A stretch of DNA of 64,000 nucleotides from Candidatus Binatia bacterium (GCA_963666515.2 OY762897.2:1792001-1856000), one strand, 5' to 3'. Shown: positions 51,322 through 61,353, counted from the first letter of the stretch. The notes: a model not told the origin generated them from the letters alone. Program-made: numbers and translations.

Positions 51322-51389
51322 CCGCCCCTGCCCCCTAAACAACGGCACGAGACAACGGCACGAGACGACTCTCACCCTTCGGAGCGAAG

Positions 51390-52547
51390 ATGAAGATCCA
51401 ATCCATCGAGACCATTCCCGTCAGGCTGCCCACGCGGCGGGTGCACCAGTGGGCCAACCTCAAGACCCCCATCGGGGTCTACCTGCTGGTGAAGCTCACG
51501 ACCGACGACGGCTGGACCGGGCTGGGCGAAGCGCCGGCGCTCAAGGACTGGGGCGGCGACCACATGCGCTACTACGGCGAGACCCCCGCGTCGGTGGCCG
51601 GCGTGATCCGCGACATCCTGGCGCCCAGCATCGAGGGCGAGGACCCCCGCCGCATCGAGTGGATCCACACCCTCATGGACCAGGCCGTCAAGGGGTATCC
51701 GTATTCCAAGGCAGCCATCGACATGGCGCTCCACGATGTGGCGGGGAAGGCGGCCGGGGTGCCGGCCTACCAGCTTCTAGGGGGTCTCTACCGGGAGTCG
51801 GTGCCCATCTCCCACAGCATCGGCCTCATGGACATGGACGAGGCCGTGGCCGAGGTCCGGCGGGTCCAGGCGGAAGGCGTCAGGACCATCAAGCTCAAGG
51901 GCGGGGTGGAGCCGAAACGCGACGTCGAGCTGCTGCGCCGGGTGCGCGAGGCCCTGGGGCCGGACATGAACCTCACGGTGGACGCCAACAACGGCTACCG
52001 GTCCGCCAAGGAGGCGGTGCAGACCACCAAGGCCATGGAGCCGTACAACATCCTCTACATGGAGCAGCCGGTGGAGGGCCTCGACGCCATGGCCGAGGTG
52101 ACCCGACGGGTGGACACGCCGATCATGGCCGACGAGAGCGCCTGGACCACCTGGGACGTCCTGGAGATCATCGAGAAGAAGGCCGCGGACATCATCTCCA
52201 TCTACGCCACCAAGCCCGGCGGCCTGCTCAAGGCCAAGAAGGTGGCCGCCATCGCCGAAGCCGCAGGCTTCCCGTGCAACGTCAACGGCTCGGTGGAGAT
52301 GGGCGTGGGCAACGCCGCCAACGTCCACTTGGCCGCCTCCACCGCGGCCGCGAACCTGGCCTGTGTGATCCCGGTCACCACCCCGGACGCCGAGGCCACC
52401 GGGCGCATCGCCGGCATCTACTACAAGGACGACATCGTCACCGAGCCCTTCGGATTCGCTGACGGCGCCGTCAAGGTGCCGCAAGGGCCGGGCCTGGGCA
52501 TCGAGCTGGACGAGGAGAAGGTGGAGCGGTACCGGACGGACAAGTGA
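51390..52547 (+). CDS. Enolase superfamily, muconate cycloisomerase/dipeptide epimerase subgroup
   Basis: AAIDMALHD, KLK, DAN, EQP, ADES, GPGLGIE. Confidence 0.88.
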   Translation: MKIQSIETIPVRLPTRRVHQWANLKTPIGVYLLVKLTTDDGWTGLGEAPALKDWGGDHMRYYGETPASVAGVIRDILAPSIEGEDPRRIEWIHTLMDQAVKGYPYSKAAIDMALHDVAGKAAGVPAYQLLGGLYRESVPISHSIGLMDMDEAVAEVRRVQAEGVRTIKLKGGVEPKRDVELLRRVREALGPDMNLTVDANNGYRSAKEAVQTTKAMEPYNILYMEQPVEGLDAMAEVTRRVDTPIMADESAWTTWDVLEIIEKKAADIISIYATKPGGLLKAKKVAAIAEAAGFPCNVNGSVEMGVGNAANVHLAASTAAANLACVIPVTTPDAEATGRIAGIYYKDDIVTEPFGFADGAVKVPQGPGLGIELDEEKVERYRTDK

Positions 52548-52561
52548 CGCCCCTTCAACCT

Positions 52562-52589
52562 CTGGATTCCGGCTTTCGCCGGAATGACG
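52562..52589. repeat. REP-like palindrome CTGGATTCCGGCTTTCGCCGGAATGACG
   Basis: Same family as 56219-56246 and 56292-56319. Confidence 0.75.
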
Positions 52590-52654
52590 AATGCGGGTGT
52601 GGGCAGGTTACTGCAACGTAATGGCAAGGTGATGATGTCCGGGCATAGACACTC

Positions 52655-53764
52655 ATGAGCATCGAAAAAATCGCGGTTCTCGGAGCAGGCAACGGCGGGT
52701 GCGCCACCGCGGCGGACCTCACCGTCCGCGGTTTCGAGACGCGCCTGTACTCCCGCTCGGAGAAGACCCTGGAGCCGCTCCGGCGGCGCGGCGGCATCGA
52801 GCTGGTGGAGCACGGGCGGGAGACCTTCGGCCGGCCCCACTTGGTTACGTCGGCGCTGGAAGAAGCCGTGGCCGGCGCCGACCTCGTCACCATCGCCGCC
52901 CCGGCCGTGGCCCACGAGTTCATGGCGCGCTCCCTGGCGCCGCTTCTGACCGAGAACCAGATCGTCCACCTGAATCCCGGACAGACCGGCGGAAGCCTCC
53001 ATTTCGTGCACGAGCTGCGGCAGGCGGGGTGCCGCATCCCGGTGCGGTGCTGCGAAACCGTCACCCTCACCTGCATCTGCCGCATGGCCGGACCGGCCCG
53101 GGTGGAGATCTACCGGCGAACGGCCAACCTCGGGTGCGCCGCCTTCCCCGCCGGGTCGGGAGCGGACATCCTGCCCGAAATCGCCGCGGTGTTCCCCAAC
53201 GTCGTCCCCGCGGAGAACGTGCTGGAAACGGGCCTCTCGAACATCAACGCCATCATGCATCCAGCCGGCATGGTCGGGAACGCCGGCTGGATCGAGCAGC
53301 ATGAGGGCGACCTGCTGTTCTACCGGCAGGCCCTCTCGCCCGCGGTGGCGCGCATCATCGAGGGGGTGGACCGGGAACGCCTGGCCGTCGTGCGCGCATT
53401 GGGGCTCCCGCCGCGCACGTTCGTGGAGATCTTCCACGCCGCCGGCCTCACCTCCGACGCCGCGCTGGAAAGCGGCGACGTCTTTCAGGCCACGCAGGAG
53501 AGCGAGCCCAACAGGACCATCGTCGCACCCGCGACCCACGACCACCGCTACGTGCACGAGGACGTGGGCTACGGCCTCGTGCCCATGGCGGAGTTGGCGG
53601 GGCTGCTGGGCATCGACACCCCGGTCATCGAGGCGCTCATCACCCTGGCCTCGGAGATGAACCGCACCGACTACCGCGGCAACGGCCTCACCCTGGCCCG
53701 GATGGGCCTGGAGGGCGCCAGCTCCGCCGCCCTCCAGACCATCATCCAGAACGGCTTCCGGTAA
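52655..53764 (+). CDS. NAD/NADP octopine/nopaline (opine) dehydrogenase family protein
   Basis: GAGNGG, NINAIMHP, HRYVHEDVGYGLVP. Confidence 0.88.
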   Translation: MSIEKIAVLGAGNGGCATAADLTVRGFETRLYSRSEKTLEPLRRRGGIELVEHGRETFGRPHLVTSALEEAVAGADLVTIAAPAVAHEFMARSLAPLLTENQIVHLNPGQTGGSLHFVHELRQAGCRIPVRCCETVTLTCICRMAGPARVEIYRRTANLGCAAFPAGSGADILPEIAAVFPNVVPAENVLETGLSNINAIMHPAGMVGNAGWIEQHEGDLLFYRQALSPAVARIIEGVDRERLAVVRALGLPPRTFVEIFHAAGLTSDAALESGDVFQATQESEPNRTIVAPATHDHRYVHEDVGYGLVPMAELAGLLGIDTPVIEALITLASEMNRTDYRGNGLTLARMGLEGASSAALQTIIQNGFR

Positions 53765-53790
53765 AGGCCGGCCTTGGCGCTCCTATGCCC

Positions 53791-53838
53791 GGACCCCGGA
53801 TCACGTCCGGGGTGACGCTCAGTTGGTCCGGGGTGACG
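53791..53838. repeat. REP-like palindrome GGACCCCGGATCACGTCCGGGGTGACG plus a half copy
   Basis: Same family as 33737-33785. Confidence 0.7.
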
Positions 53839-53900
53839 GCGCCAAGTCCTCCGTCACCGCCGCCTTTCATTCACGCCCTCATTGTTCTAATCTGGCCGCC

Positions 53901-54875
53901 ATGCACGCGGGCGTGTGTTTCGACGGCTTCTACTCGATCCAGGAGATGATCGAGCTGGCGCAGTTGGCCGACGAGATCGGCATGGACTCCATCTGGATGT
54001 CGGACCACATCTGCTTCCGGGACTCCATCGCCTCGGCCATGGCGTTCCTGGCCAGGACCCCGCGGATCAAGGTCAACCCGGCGCCGCTGAGCCCCTATTC
54101 GCGCCATCCCATGGTCACGGCCATGGCGCTGGCGACCATGGAGGAGTTCGCTCCCGGACGGGTGGCGGCCACCGCGGGCACCGCCAACCCCACGGCGCTG
54201 CGTGAGATCGGCATTGAGGCCGAGCGGATGCTCAGGACCATGCGCGAGTACATGACGCTGCTGCGCGCGCTCCTGGCGGGCGAGACGGTCGCGTTCGAGG
54301 GCGAGGTCTTCACCCTGCGCGGGGCCAGCATGGGACTCACGCCGCAGACGGAGATCCCCATCTACATGACCGCGGTACGGCCCGGGATGCTGCGTCTGGC
54401 GGGCGAGGTCGCCGACGGCGTGCTGCTGTCCGCGGGCTGCACCCCGGCCTACATCCGGCGTTGCGTCGCGGAAGTAGAGACGGGAGCGGCCCGGGGCGGC
54501 AAGGCGGCCAAGGGGGAGGTGGCCGGCTTCATCGCGGCCTCGGTGTCCGACGACCCGCGGGAGGCCATGGACGCCACCAAGACCTTCCTGGCCTACATCT
54601 TCCGCAACAGGCACCACGCCGAGAACATCCGCCTCGGCGGCGGCGCCGTGGACCAGGAACGGCTCGCCGACGCCATCGGCCGGCGCGCGTGGGACGAGGC
54701 CAAGGGCCTCATCAGCGACGAGGTGGTGCACGCGCACTCGGTGACCGGAACCCCGGACGAATGCCGCCGCCGGCTGGACGAGTTCGTCCGGGGCGGCCTG
54801 GACCTTCCCCTGCTCATGCCGCTGGGCACCCAGGAACAACGCAGGCGGGTGGTGGAGATCGCGCGGGACGGATAG
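53901..54875 (+). CDS. LLM-class flavin/F420-dependent oxidoreductase
   Basis: IWMSDH, RHPMVTAM, LAGEVADG, GTPDEC. Confidence 0.85.
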   Translation: MHAGVCFDGFYSIQEMIELAQLADEIGMDSIWMSDHICFRDSIASAMAFLARTPRIKVNPAPLSPYSRHPMVTAMALATMEEFAPGRVAATAGTANPTALREIGIEAERMLRTMREYMTLLRALLAGETVAFEGEVFTLRGASMGLTPQTEIPIYMTAVRPGMLRLAGEVADGVLLSAGCTPAYIRRCVAEVETGAARGGKAAKGEVAGFIAASVSDDPREAMDATKTFLAYIFRNRHHAENIRLGGGAVDQERLADAIGRRAWDEAKGLISDEVVHAHSVTGTPDECRRRLDEFVRGGLDLPLLMPLGTQEQRRRVVEIARDG

Positions 54876-54907
54876 AGCAATCATTTTAGTCGTGAAATTG
54901 GGGGGTT

Positions 54908-56266
54908 ATGGCCAAGAGCATCACTGAGCACTTGAAGGAGCTTGCGCGGCAGTCCGAGCGCAAGCTCGCGGGCATGACCGACATGCGGCGCAGCCTCCAC
55001 CGGCATCCCGAGGCGGGCTGGACCGAGTTCCGCACCACCGGCTTGGTGGTGAACCGGCTGCGGGAACTGGGATACCGGGTGGAGACGGGAAACGACTGCA
55101 TCCGCGCGGACGCGGTGCGGGGATGGCCCGATGACGCGGTGGTCAGGGAAGGCCGGGCGCAGGCGGGCGATGTGGCCCGTGACATCGAGGTCCCCGGCGC
55201 CGTGGGCATCCTGGACCGGGGTTCGGGGCCCACGGTGGCGCTGCGCTTCGATATGGACGCCACCGAGGTGTCCGAGTCCGACGACCCGGCGCACCAGCCG
55301 GTGGCCCAAGGCTTCGCTTCCGGCAAGCCCGCGGTCATGCACGCCTGTGGACACGACGCCCACGTCGCCATCGGCCTCGGCGCGGCCGAGCTGCTGGCCG
55401 AGGACCCGGACTGGCGCGGGCGCGTGAAGCTGCTGTTCCAGCCGGCGGAGGAAGGCGGACGCGGCGCCCATCCCATGGTGGAGGCCGGGGTGGTGGACGA
55501 CGCCGACTACTTCGCCTGCCTCCACATGGGCGGGCCGGCGCTGCCGCTGGGGGAAGTGGCGCTGGAGGCCACCCACTTCCTTTCGTCGGTCAAGATGGAG
55601 GCGCGCTTCCGCGGCGTGGCCTCCCACGCCGGCGGCGCCCCGGAACGGGGCCGCAACGCGCTGCTGGCGGCCTGCCAGGCCACCCTGGCGCTGCACGCCC
55701 TGCCCCGCAACGGCCAGGGCGCCACCTTCGTCAACGTCGGCGTGCTGAACGCCGGCACCGGCACCAACGTGGTGCCGTCCGACGCCCACATGAAGTACGA
55801 GGTGCGCGGCGGCACGGACGAGATCTGCGACCTGATGGAGGAAGGCGCCCGCCGCTGCCTCGAAGGCGCGGCCACCCTCCAGGGAGTCGACGTCGCCGCC
55901 GAGATCACCGGCCGCACCATCGGCGCCAAGTCCGACGAAGAGATGAAGGAACACTTGGCGTGGGTAGCCGGGTCGTCGCCCGTGGACTTCCGTGTCCACG
56001 ACGCCCGTCCCCTGGGCGGCGGCGAGGACGCCACCTACTTCATGCGCCGGGTCCAGGAAAAAGGCGGCAAGTCCCTCTACTTCCTGCTGGGCGGCAGCAC
56101 CCCCACCGGGCACCACACCTCCACCTTCGACGTGGATGAGCGCGCGCTGGCCCACGGCGCCATGCTCATGGCCGGCATGGTGCTGCGGCTCACCGGGTCA
56201 GGCGCAGGCGCCCCGAACCGTCATTCCGGCGGAAGCCGGAATCCAGGCGGGGCGGGGCCGCGGTGA
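54908..56266 (+). CDS. M20D amidohydrolase (AbgA-like)
   Basis: LHRHPE, RFDMDA, MHACGHDAH, QPAEEG, GGEDA, HHTSTFD. Confidence 0.9.
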   Translation: MAKSITEHLKELARQSERKLAGMTDMRRSLHRHPEAGWTEFRTTGLVVNRLRELGYRVETGNDCIRADAVRGWPDDAVVREGRAQAGDVARDIEVPGAVGILDRGSGPTVALRFDMDATEVSESDDPAHQPVAQGFASGKPAVMHACGHDAHVAIGLGAAELLAEDPDWRGRVKLLFQPAEEGGRGAHPMVEAGVVDDADYFACLHMGGPALPLGEVALEATHFLSSVKMEARFRGVASHAGGAPERGRNALLAACQATLALHALPRNGQGATFVNVGVLNAGTGTNVVPSDAHMKYEVRGGTDEICDLMEEGARRCLEGAATLQGVDVAAEITGRTIGAKSDEEMKEHLAWVAGSSPVDFRVHDARPLGGGEDATYFMRRVQEKGGKSLYFLLGGSTPTGHHTSTFDVDERALAHGAMLMAGMVLRLTGSGAGAPNRHSGGSRNPGGAGPR

Positions 56267-56319
56267 CGGAGCGTGACACCCCACCACACCCCTGGATTCC
56301 GGCTCCCGCCGGAATGACG
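56219..56319. repeat. Inverted doublet of REP-like palindromes (REPIN-like)
   Basis: CGTCATTCCGGCGGAAGCCGGAATCCAG ... CTGGATTCCGGCTCCCGCCGGAATGACG. Confidence 0.75.
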
Positions 56320-56340
56320 GTTCCTTGAACGGATTCATCC

Positions 56341-57570
56341 ATGACCATGCCTGAGATCAGGATAGACGCCGCAGCGCTTGTGGACCTCGCCGGCGAGCTG
56401 ATCAAGATCCCCAGCTTCTGCCCCGACGAGACCCCGGTGGCGCTGTTCCTTCGGGACTACCTGTCGGAACGCGGCTACCAAGTGGAACTCCAGGAAGTGG
56501 AGCCCGGGCGCCACCAGACCATCGCCATATTGAAAGGCGCGGGCGGCGGCCCCAGCCTGATGTTCAACGGCCACATCGACATCAACTCCCTCACCCGCGG
56601 CGGCAAGCGCGACCCCTGGACGCCGCTGGTGGAGGGCGACCGGCTCTACGGCCACGGCGTGCAGAACATGAAGGGCGGCGTCGCCTCCATGATCGAGGCT
56701 GCCGAGGCCGTCCGCCGGGCCGGCGTGAGGCTGCGCGGGGACCTGGTGCTGGCCTGCGTGGTAGGCGAGACCCAGGGCGGCGAAGGCACGCACTTCCTCA
56801 TGGAGAGCGGCCTCCGTACCGACGCCGCGGTGCTGACGGAGCCCTTCGGCATCGGCAACCTCGTCACCGTCCACGGCGGCATCGTCCATTTCGCCGTCCA
56901 CACCTACGGCGTCACCGGACACGTGAGCAGGATCGAGGAGACGGTGAACGCCGTGGAGCAGATGACACGGGTCATCGAGGCGTTGCGCAACGTCGAGTTC
57001 ACCTGTACGCCCAGGGCGGACCTGCCCGCCCTGCCCCGCCTGAACGTGGGCAGCATCATCGGCGGACGCGGCGACGGCTATGTGCTGACCGAGCCGCCCT
57101 ACGTGCCCGACCTGTGCACGGTCATCGTGGACGTCCACTTCGTTCCGGGACAGACCGCGGACTCGGTCATCGCCGACGTAAGGCGCGCCCTCGACCCTCT
57201 GAAGGACGGCGACCCGGACTTCGACTACGCCATCGAGATCCCGCCGCCGGCCTGTTTCAAGGGCTGCCGGCGGCTGGTGATGGACCCCCTCGACGTGCCC
57301 GCGGACGCGGCCATCGTCCAGGCCGTGGCCCGGAACCACGAGAAGGTCACGGGCTCGCCGCCCAAGCTCATCGGCGCCCACCTGCCCATGTCCTACTCCG
57401 CCGGCGACAGTTGCTGGCTCTGGAAACACGGCATCCCCTGCCTCCACTACGGCCCCGGCGGCGGCTTCCTCGACCCCGGCCCGGACGGCAGCTACATCTT
57501 CATCAGCGAGATGGTGACGTGCGCAGAAGTGCTGGCGCACACCGCCATGGAGGTGTGCGGCACGGCATGA
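56341..57570 (+). CDS. M20A (ArgE/DapE-like) hydrolase with atypical metal site
   Basis: FNGHID, LYGHGVQNMKGG, TEP, YGPG. Confidence 0.85.
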   Translation: MTMPEIRIDAAALVDLAGELIKIPSFCPDETPVALFLRDYLSERGYQVELQEVEPGRHQTIAILKGAGGGPSLMFNGHIDINSLTRGGKRDPWTPLVEGDRLYGHGVQNMKGGVASMIEAAEAVRRAGVRLRGDLVLACVVGETQGGEGTHFLMESGLRTDAAVLTEPFGIGNLVTVHGGIVHFAVHTYGVTGHVSRIEETVNAVEQMTRVIEALRNVEFTCTPRADLPALPRLNVGSIIGGRGDGYVLTEPPYVPDLCTVIVDVHFVPGQTADSVIADVRRALDPLKDGDPDFDYAIEIPPPACFKGCRRLVMDPLDVPADAAIVQAVARNHEKVTGSPPKLIGAHLPMSYSAGDSCWLWKHGIPCLHYGPGGGFLDPGPDGSYIFISEMVTCAEVLAHTAMEVCGTA

Positions 57571-57580
57571 GTGCGTCCTG

Positions 57581-57604
57581 AGCGGAGCGAAGTCGAAGGA
57601 CGCC
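57581..57604. repeat. Short interspersed repeat (inverted copy of 45787-45810)
   Basis: AGCGGAGCGAAGTCGAAGGACGCC. Confidence 0.65.
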
Positions 57605-57622
57605 ATTATCCACGAGTCTTCA

Positions 57623-58552
57623 ATGAAGAATCCCGCCAACATCCCGGACTCCGGTTACGACGTCACCGGTGCCGTGGATCTCCACGTGCACTGCGGGCCG
57701 GAGGGTATCCCGCGGCGTTTCGACGCCGTGTCGTTGGCACGGCACGTGCGCGAAACCGGGCTGGGCGGGGCCGTGCTCAAATCGCACATGGCGGCCACCG
57801 CAAGTTGGGCGCAGATGGCTCACGACCTCACCGGCGTCCGGCTCCACGGCTCGGTGGTGCTCAACCACTACGTCGGCGGCATCAATCCCGCGGCGGTGCG
57901 GGGCGCGCTGGGGCCGTCGGCGGACGGCGAACCCTATCTCAAGGTCGTATGGCTCCCCACGGTCCACGCCGGCGCCCATCTCACCGCGCGCCATCACGAA
58001 GGGGAGTGCTACGACATTCCGCCCGAGTGGTGCGGCGGCACCGTCTCCAGCCTGGCCCTACCGCTCGGCGACGTAGAGCCCATCAACGTGCTCGCCGCCA
58101 ACATGCGGGCGCCGCTGGACGAAATCCTGCGGATCGTGGCCGACCACGACCTGGTGCTGGCCACCGGACACGCGGGCCGGGACGAGGTGTTCCACGTGAT
58201 GGATCGGGCCGTCGCCCTGGGCGTCCGGAAGGTCATCGTCACCCATCCCTGCTACGATCCCCCGGCCATCGGCGCGGCGGAGCTCGCGGAGTTGGCCGCG
58301 GCCGGGGCCTACATCGAGCTGAGCTTCATCCTGGTGGACATGGGCATGGTGTCGATGGCGGACACCGCGGCAATCATGAGGCAGGTGGGCTCTGATCGGA
58401 CGATCCTGTCAACGGACGTGGGGCAGGTGGACCGGGTGGCTCCCGCGGAGGGACTGGCCAAGCTGGGCGCCGGACTGCTCGCCGAAGGGATTCTGCACGA
58501 CGAGGTCGATACCGCGATGAAGGGCAACCCCCGGTTCCTGACGTCGGCCTGA
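57623..58552 (+). CDS. Amidohydrolase-fold protein (DUF6282-like)
   Basis: DLHVH, LKSH, WLPT, ATGH, THP, STDVGQ. Confidence 0.75.
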   Translation: MKNPANIPDSGYDVTGAVDLHVHCGPEGIPRRFDAVSLARHVRETGLGGAVLKSHMAATASWAQMAHDLTGVRLHGSVVLNHYVGGINPAAVRGALGPSADGEPYLKVVWLPTVHAGAHLTARHHEGECYDIPPEWCGGTVSSLALPLGDVEPINVLAANMRAPLDEILRIVADHDLVLATGHAGRDEVFHVMDRAVALGVRKVIVTHPCYDPPAIGAAELAELAAAGAYIELSFILVDMGMVSMADTAAIMRQVGSDRTILSTDVGQVDRVAPAEGLAKLGAGLLAEGILHDEVDTAMKGNPRFLTSA

Positions 58553-58565
58553 AGCCCGCTCCCGG

Positions 58566-59738
58566 CTACCAAGCCATCTCCAGGCACTCCAGCACCTGCG
58601 ACGCCGAGTGGATCTTCTTGGGGTTGTTGTGGGTGCTGATGTCGTCCAGCGCGGCCTCGGCCAAGGACGGCAGCGCGTCGCGCGGGATCTCCAGGTCCCG
58701 GAGGCGGAGCGGGAGCCCCATCTTCACGTTCATGCCGTAGACCACCTCGGGCGCCTCGGCCGCGGCCTTGACGTCGTCGGGCTCGACGACCCCCATGACC
58801 CGGGCCATGCGGGCCATGGCCTCGGTGGTGCCGTCCAGGTTCCAGCGCATGGCGTAGGGCAGCATCAGGGCGTGGATGTTGGCGTGGGGAACGGTGAAGC
58901 GGCCGCCGATGACGTGCACGATGCCGTGGTGGATGCCGGTCCAGGCACTGTAGACGCCCAGGCTGGAGAGCGTAGCGGCCACCTGCATCTCGCCGATGGC
59001 TTCGAGGTCGTTCATGTCCGCCACCAGGCGCGGCAGGTAGGTGGTGATGGGCCCGATGGCGGCCATGCAATAGGCCTGGCTCAGGATCTGGGTCTGGGTC
59101 GAGTAGACGGCTTCCACGCAATGAGCCAGGGCGTTCATACCCGAAGCGGCCAGGAGCTTGGGCGGCGCGGTCTGCGCCGCTTCCGGATCCAGCATCACCG
59201 TCCGCGGCGACATCTTGGGATCGGCCAGGATGAGCTTGTGCCCCCCTTCCGCCAGCCCCGCGGAATAGCTGTACTCGCCGCCGGAAAACGTGGTCGGGAT
59301 GGCGATGTGCGGCAGCTTGGGCGCCGGCATGGGCGGCACTTCCTTCTTGTCCGGCGGGATGAAGTGGGTGGCCAGGTCCTTGAGCGGACGGCCCTCCGCG
59401 AGGAGCGCGGCCATGCCCTTGGCGGTGTCGATGGAGCTGCCACCGCCGACGCTCACGAACGCGTCCGCGCCCGCATCCGCGGCCTGCTTCGCCGCCACCC
59501 CGATGGAATCCGTGGGCGAATGCGGCTGCACGGTGTCGAAGACTCCCACGCACATATCGCCCAAGGCCTCGCGCACCGCATCCAGCAGGTACGTCCTGGT
59601 GATGGACGGCGATGTCACCACGAACACGCGCCCGGCGTCCAGGCGCCGGACCTCGTCCGCCAACTGCCTGACCACCCCCCGGCCGAAAACGATGCGCTCC
59701 ACGCGCGGATTGCTGTACTCGAACGCTGAAACCGCCAT
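58566..59738 (-). CDS. Iron-containing alcohol dehydrogenase family (maleylacetate reductase-like)
   Basis: GGGSSIDTAK, IPTT, NALAHCVEA, HHGIVH, VPH. Confidence 0.9.
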   Translation of the reverse strand: MAVSAFEYSNPRVERIVFGRGVVRQLADEVRRLDAGRVFVVTSPSITRTYLLDAVREALGDMCVGVFDTVQPHSPTDSIGVAAKQAADAGADAFVSVGGGSSIDTAKGMAALLAEGRPLKDLATHFIPPDKKEVPPMPAPKLPHIAIPTTFSGGEYSYSAGLAEGGHKLILADPKMSPRTVMLDPEAAQTAPPKLLAASGMNALAHCVEAVYSTQTQILSQAYCMAAIGPITTYLPRLVADMNDLEAIGEMQVAATLSSLGVYSAWTGIHHGIVHVIGGRFTVPHANIHALMLPYAMRWNLDGTTEAMARMARVMGVVEPDDVKAAAEAPEVVYGMNVKMGLPLRLRDLEIPRDALPSLAEAALDDISTHNNPKKIHSASQVLECLEMAW

Positions 59739-59809
59739 CCGTCACCTCCTCGATGATCCGTAAGGTTTGAGATACCGCGCCGGGTTTGTCAACGCTCCGA
59801 GAGGACCCG

Positions 59810-60697
59810 TCAGCCGCCGTGGCTGAGCACCCACACCCCGCCTACGATGAGGACCGCGGCCAGGCCGTCCCGCACGGTCACGGTCTCCAGGGCGCGGAGC
59901 GTGAAGTGGGACAGCACGAAGGTGATGAGTGGCGAGATACGCCAGATGGGCGCCACCAGCACCGACGGCGCCAGCAGCAGCGCCTTGTAGGTGCACAGCG
60001 AGGCGATGGCCTCGGTGATGCCGGCGATGCCGAAGAACACCGCGCTCGCCGGCGGCACCCTCTCCTGCCGCCACGCATGGATACCCAGCCAGGGGCCGCC
60101 GGTGAACAGGAACACCGTGGCGGTGACGTGGTTGACCAGCGTCCCCAGGGCCGGCACCGCGGCGGCCACGAGTCCCCATTTCTTGAAGATGGGATTGATC
60201 CCGAAGGCCAGCGAGGACAGCAGCGGGTACATGAAATAAACCAGCCGGTTGGGCGCCCCCTCCCCTTCCAGCGGGCTCACCGTCAACAGCAGCACGCCGA
60301 CCACGATCACCACGACCCCGGCGCCGATCTCCCAGCCCACCTGCTCGCCCAGCAGCGTCCAGCCCAGCAACACGGTGATCAGCGGGGAAGAGTTCTTCAC
60401 CGTCACCGACTTCGACGCCCCCACGCTGTCGATGCCGAGGTTGAGGAAGACCTTCCCCAGGCACGCGGCCACGCCCGTAAGCATGAACGAAAGCAGCGGA
60501 CGCCAGTCGAGCGTCATGAATTCCTCGCGCCACCAGGTGGCCACCACCAGGGTTGCAAGAGACCAGTACTGGGTCCAGAGCGTCGCCATGGTGACGTTCG
60601 ACCTCGCCATGCCCTTCTTGAGCAGGGTCGGGACCACGCCCCAGATGATGCCGGCGGCGAGGGCGTAGAGGATGGCTTCGGTGGTGGAGTCGATCAT
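59810..60697 (-). CDS. EamA/DMT family transporter
   Basis: Two EamA repeats (SPL...LLGE). Confidence 0.85.
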   Translation of the reverse strand: MIDSTTEAILYALAAGIIWGVVPTLLKKGMARSNVTMATLWTQYWSLATLVVATWWREEFMTLDWRPLLSFMLTGVAACLGKVFLNLGIDSVGASKSVTVKNSSPLITVLLGWTLLGEQVGWEIGAGVVVIVVGVLLLTVSPLEGEGAPNRLVYFMYPLLSSLAFGINPIFKKWGLVAAAVPALGTLVNHVTATVFLFTGGPWLGIHAWRQERVPPASAVFFGIAGITEAIASLCTYKALLLAPSVLVAPIWRISPLITFVLSHFTLRALETVTVRDGLAAVLIVGGVWVLSHGG

Positions 60698-60777
60698 TGT
60701 GGCGCTGCCGGGACCGCAGTGGAAGGGCCTGTCCCGCTGACCGAGGCGGTCCCGGAAGACGTTTCAGCGTCCGGGCG

Positions 60778-60846
60778 TCACCGGACGTCTGTCTCCCGCA
60801 TCTCACGGAGAGTCTGGATGCCGATGGGCAGCTTGCGTCTGGCCAT
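60778..60846 (-). pseudogene. 22-codon 5' remnant of an AAA-ATPase paralog
   Basis: MARRKLPIGIQTLREMRE matches MVRRRLPIGIQTFREVRE at 63693; the upstream 36 bp are also conserved. Confidence 0.8.
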
Positions 60847-60901
60847 GCCGTCATCTTACCTTGAAGCCCGGATGCGGCAAAGAGTCCGTACAGCGAAGCT
60901 C

Positions 60902-61294
60902 CTATGGTACACGCACCAACGCGACATCGTACGCTTCAAGCGTTGCGTCCGCGGTAACCAGCGTCAAACCCTCGATCCGGGCCTGGGCGACCAGGACGCG
61001 GTCAAACGGGTCGCGATGCAGCAGCGGCAAGGCCGCCACGGCGAGCGCATGCGCATGCGTGATGGCGAGACCCTCAAAACCGCTGAGCCGCATGCGCTGG
61101 GGCACGTAAATGGCCGGCGGCTCGGGAAGCGGCAACTTGCCGACGGCATACTTGATGGAGATTTCCCACGCGCTTGCCGCGGACAGATACCTCTCGGTCT
61201 CAGGATCGGCCAGCGTTTCGAGCAGGTCGACGTCGAATCGGCTGCGTTCCGTCTGAAGCCAGAGCCAACAGTGGGTATCGAGGAGAAACTTCAT
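60902..61294 (-). CDS. vapC: VapC/PIN-domain toxin
   Basis: LLDTH, SAASAWEISIK, HRDPFDR, VTAD. Confidence 0.92.
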   Translation of the reverse strand: MKFLLDTHCWLWLQTERSRFDVDLLETLADPETERYLSAASAWEISIKYAVGKLPLPEPPAIYVPQRMRLSGFEGLAITHAHALAVAALPLLHRDPFDRVLVAQARIEGLTLVTADATLEAYDVALVRVP

Positions 61295-61353
61295 CCGTGC
61301 CAGCCGCTACGGAGTCGCAGGTCGTATTCTCCGCATCAGTGTGAGACAGGACA

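Noticed and set aside
51339-51366. Tandem 13-bp repeat ACAACGGCACGAG x2
   Set aside because: Only two units with no spacer; simple slippage duplication.
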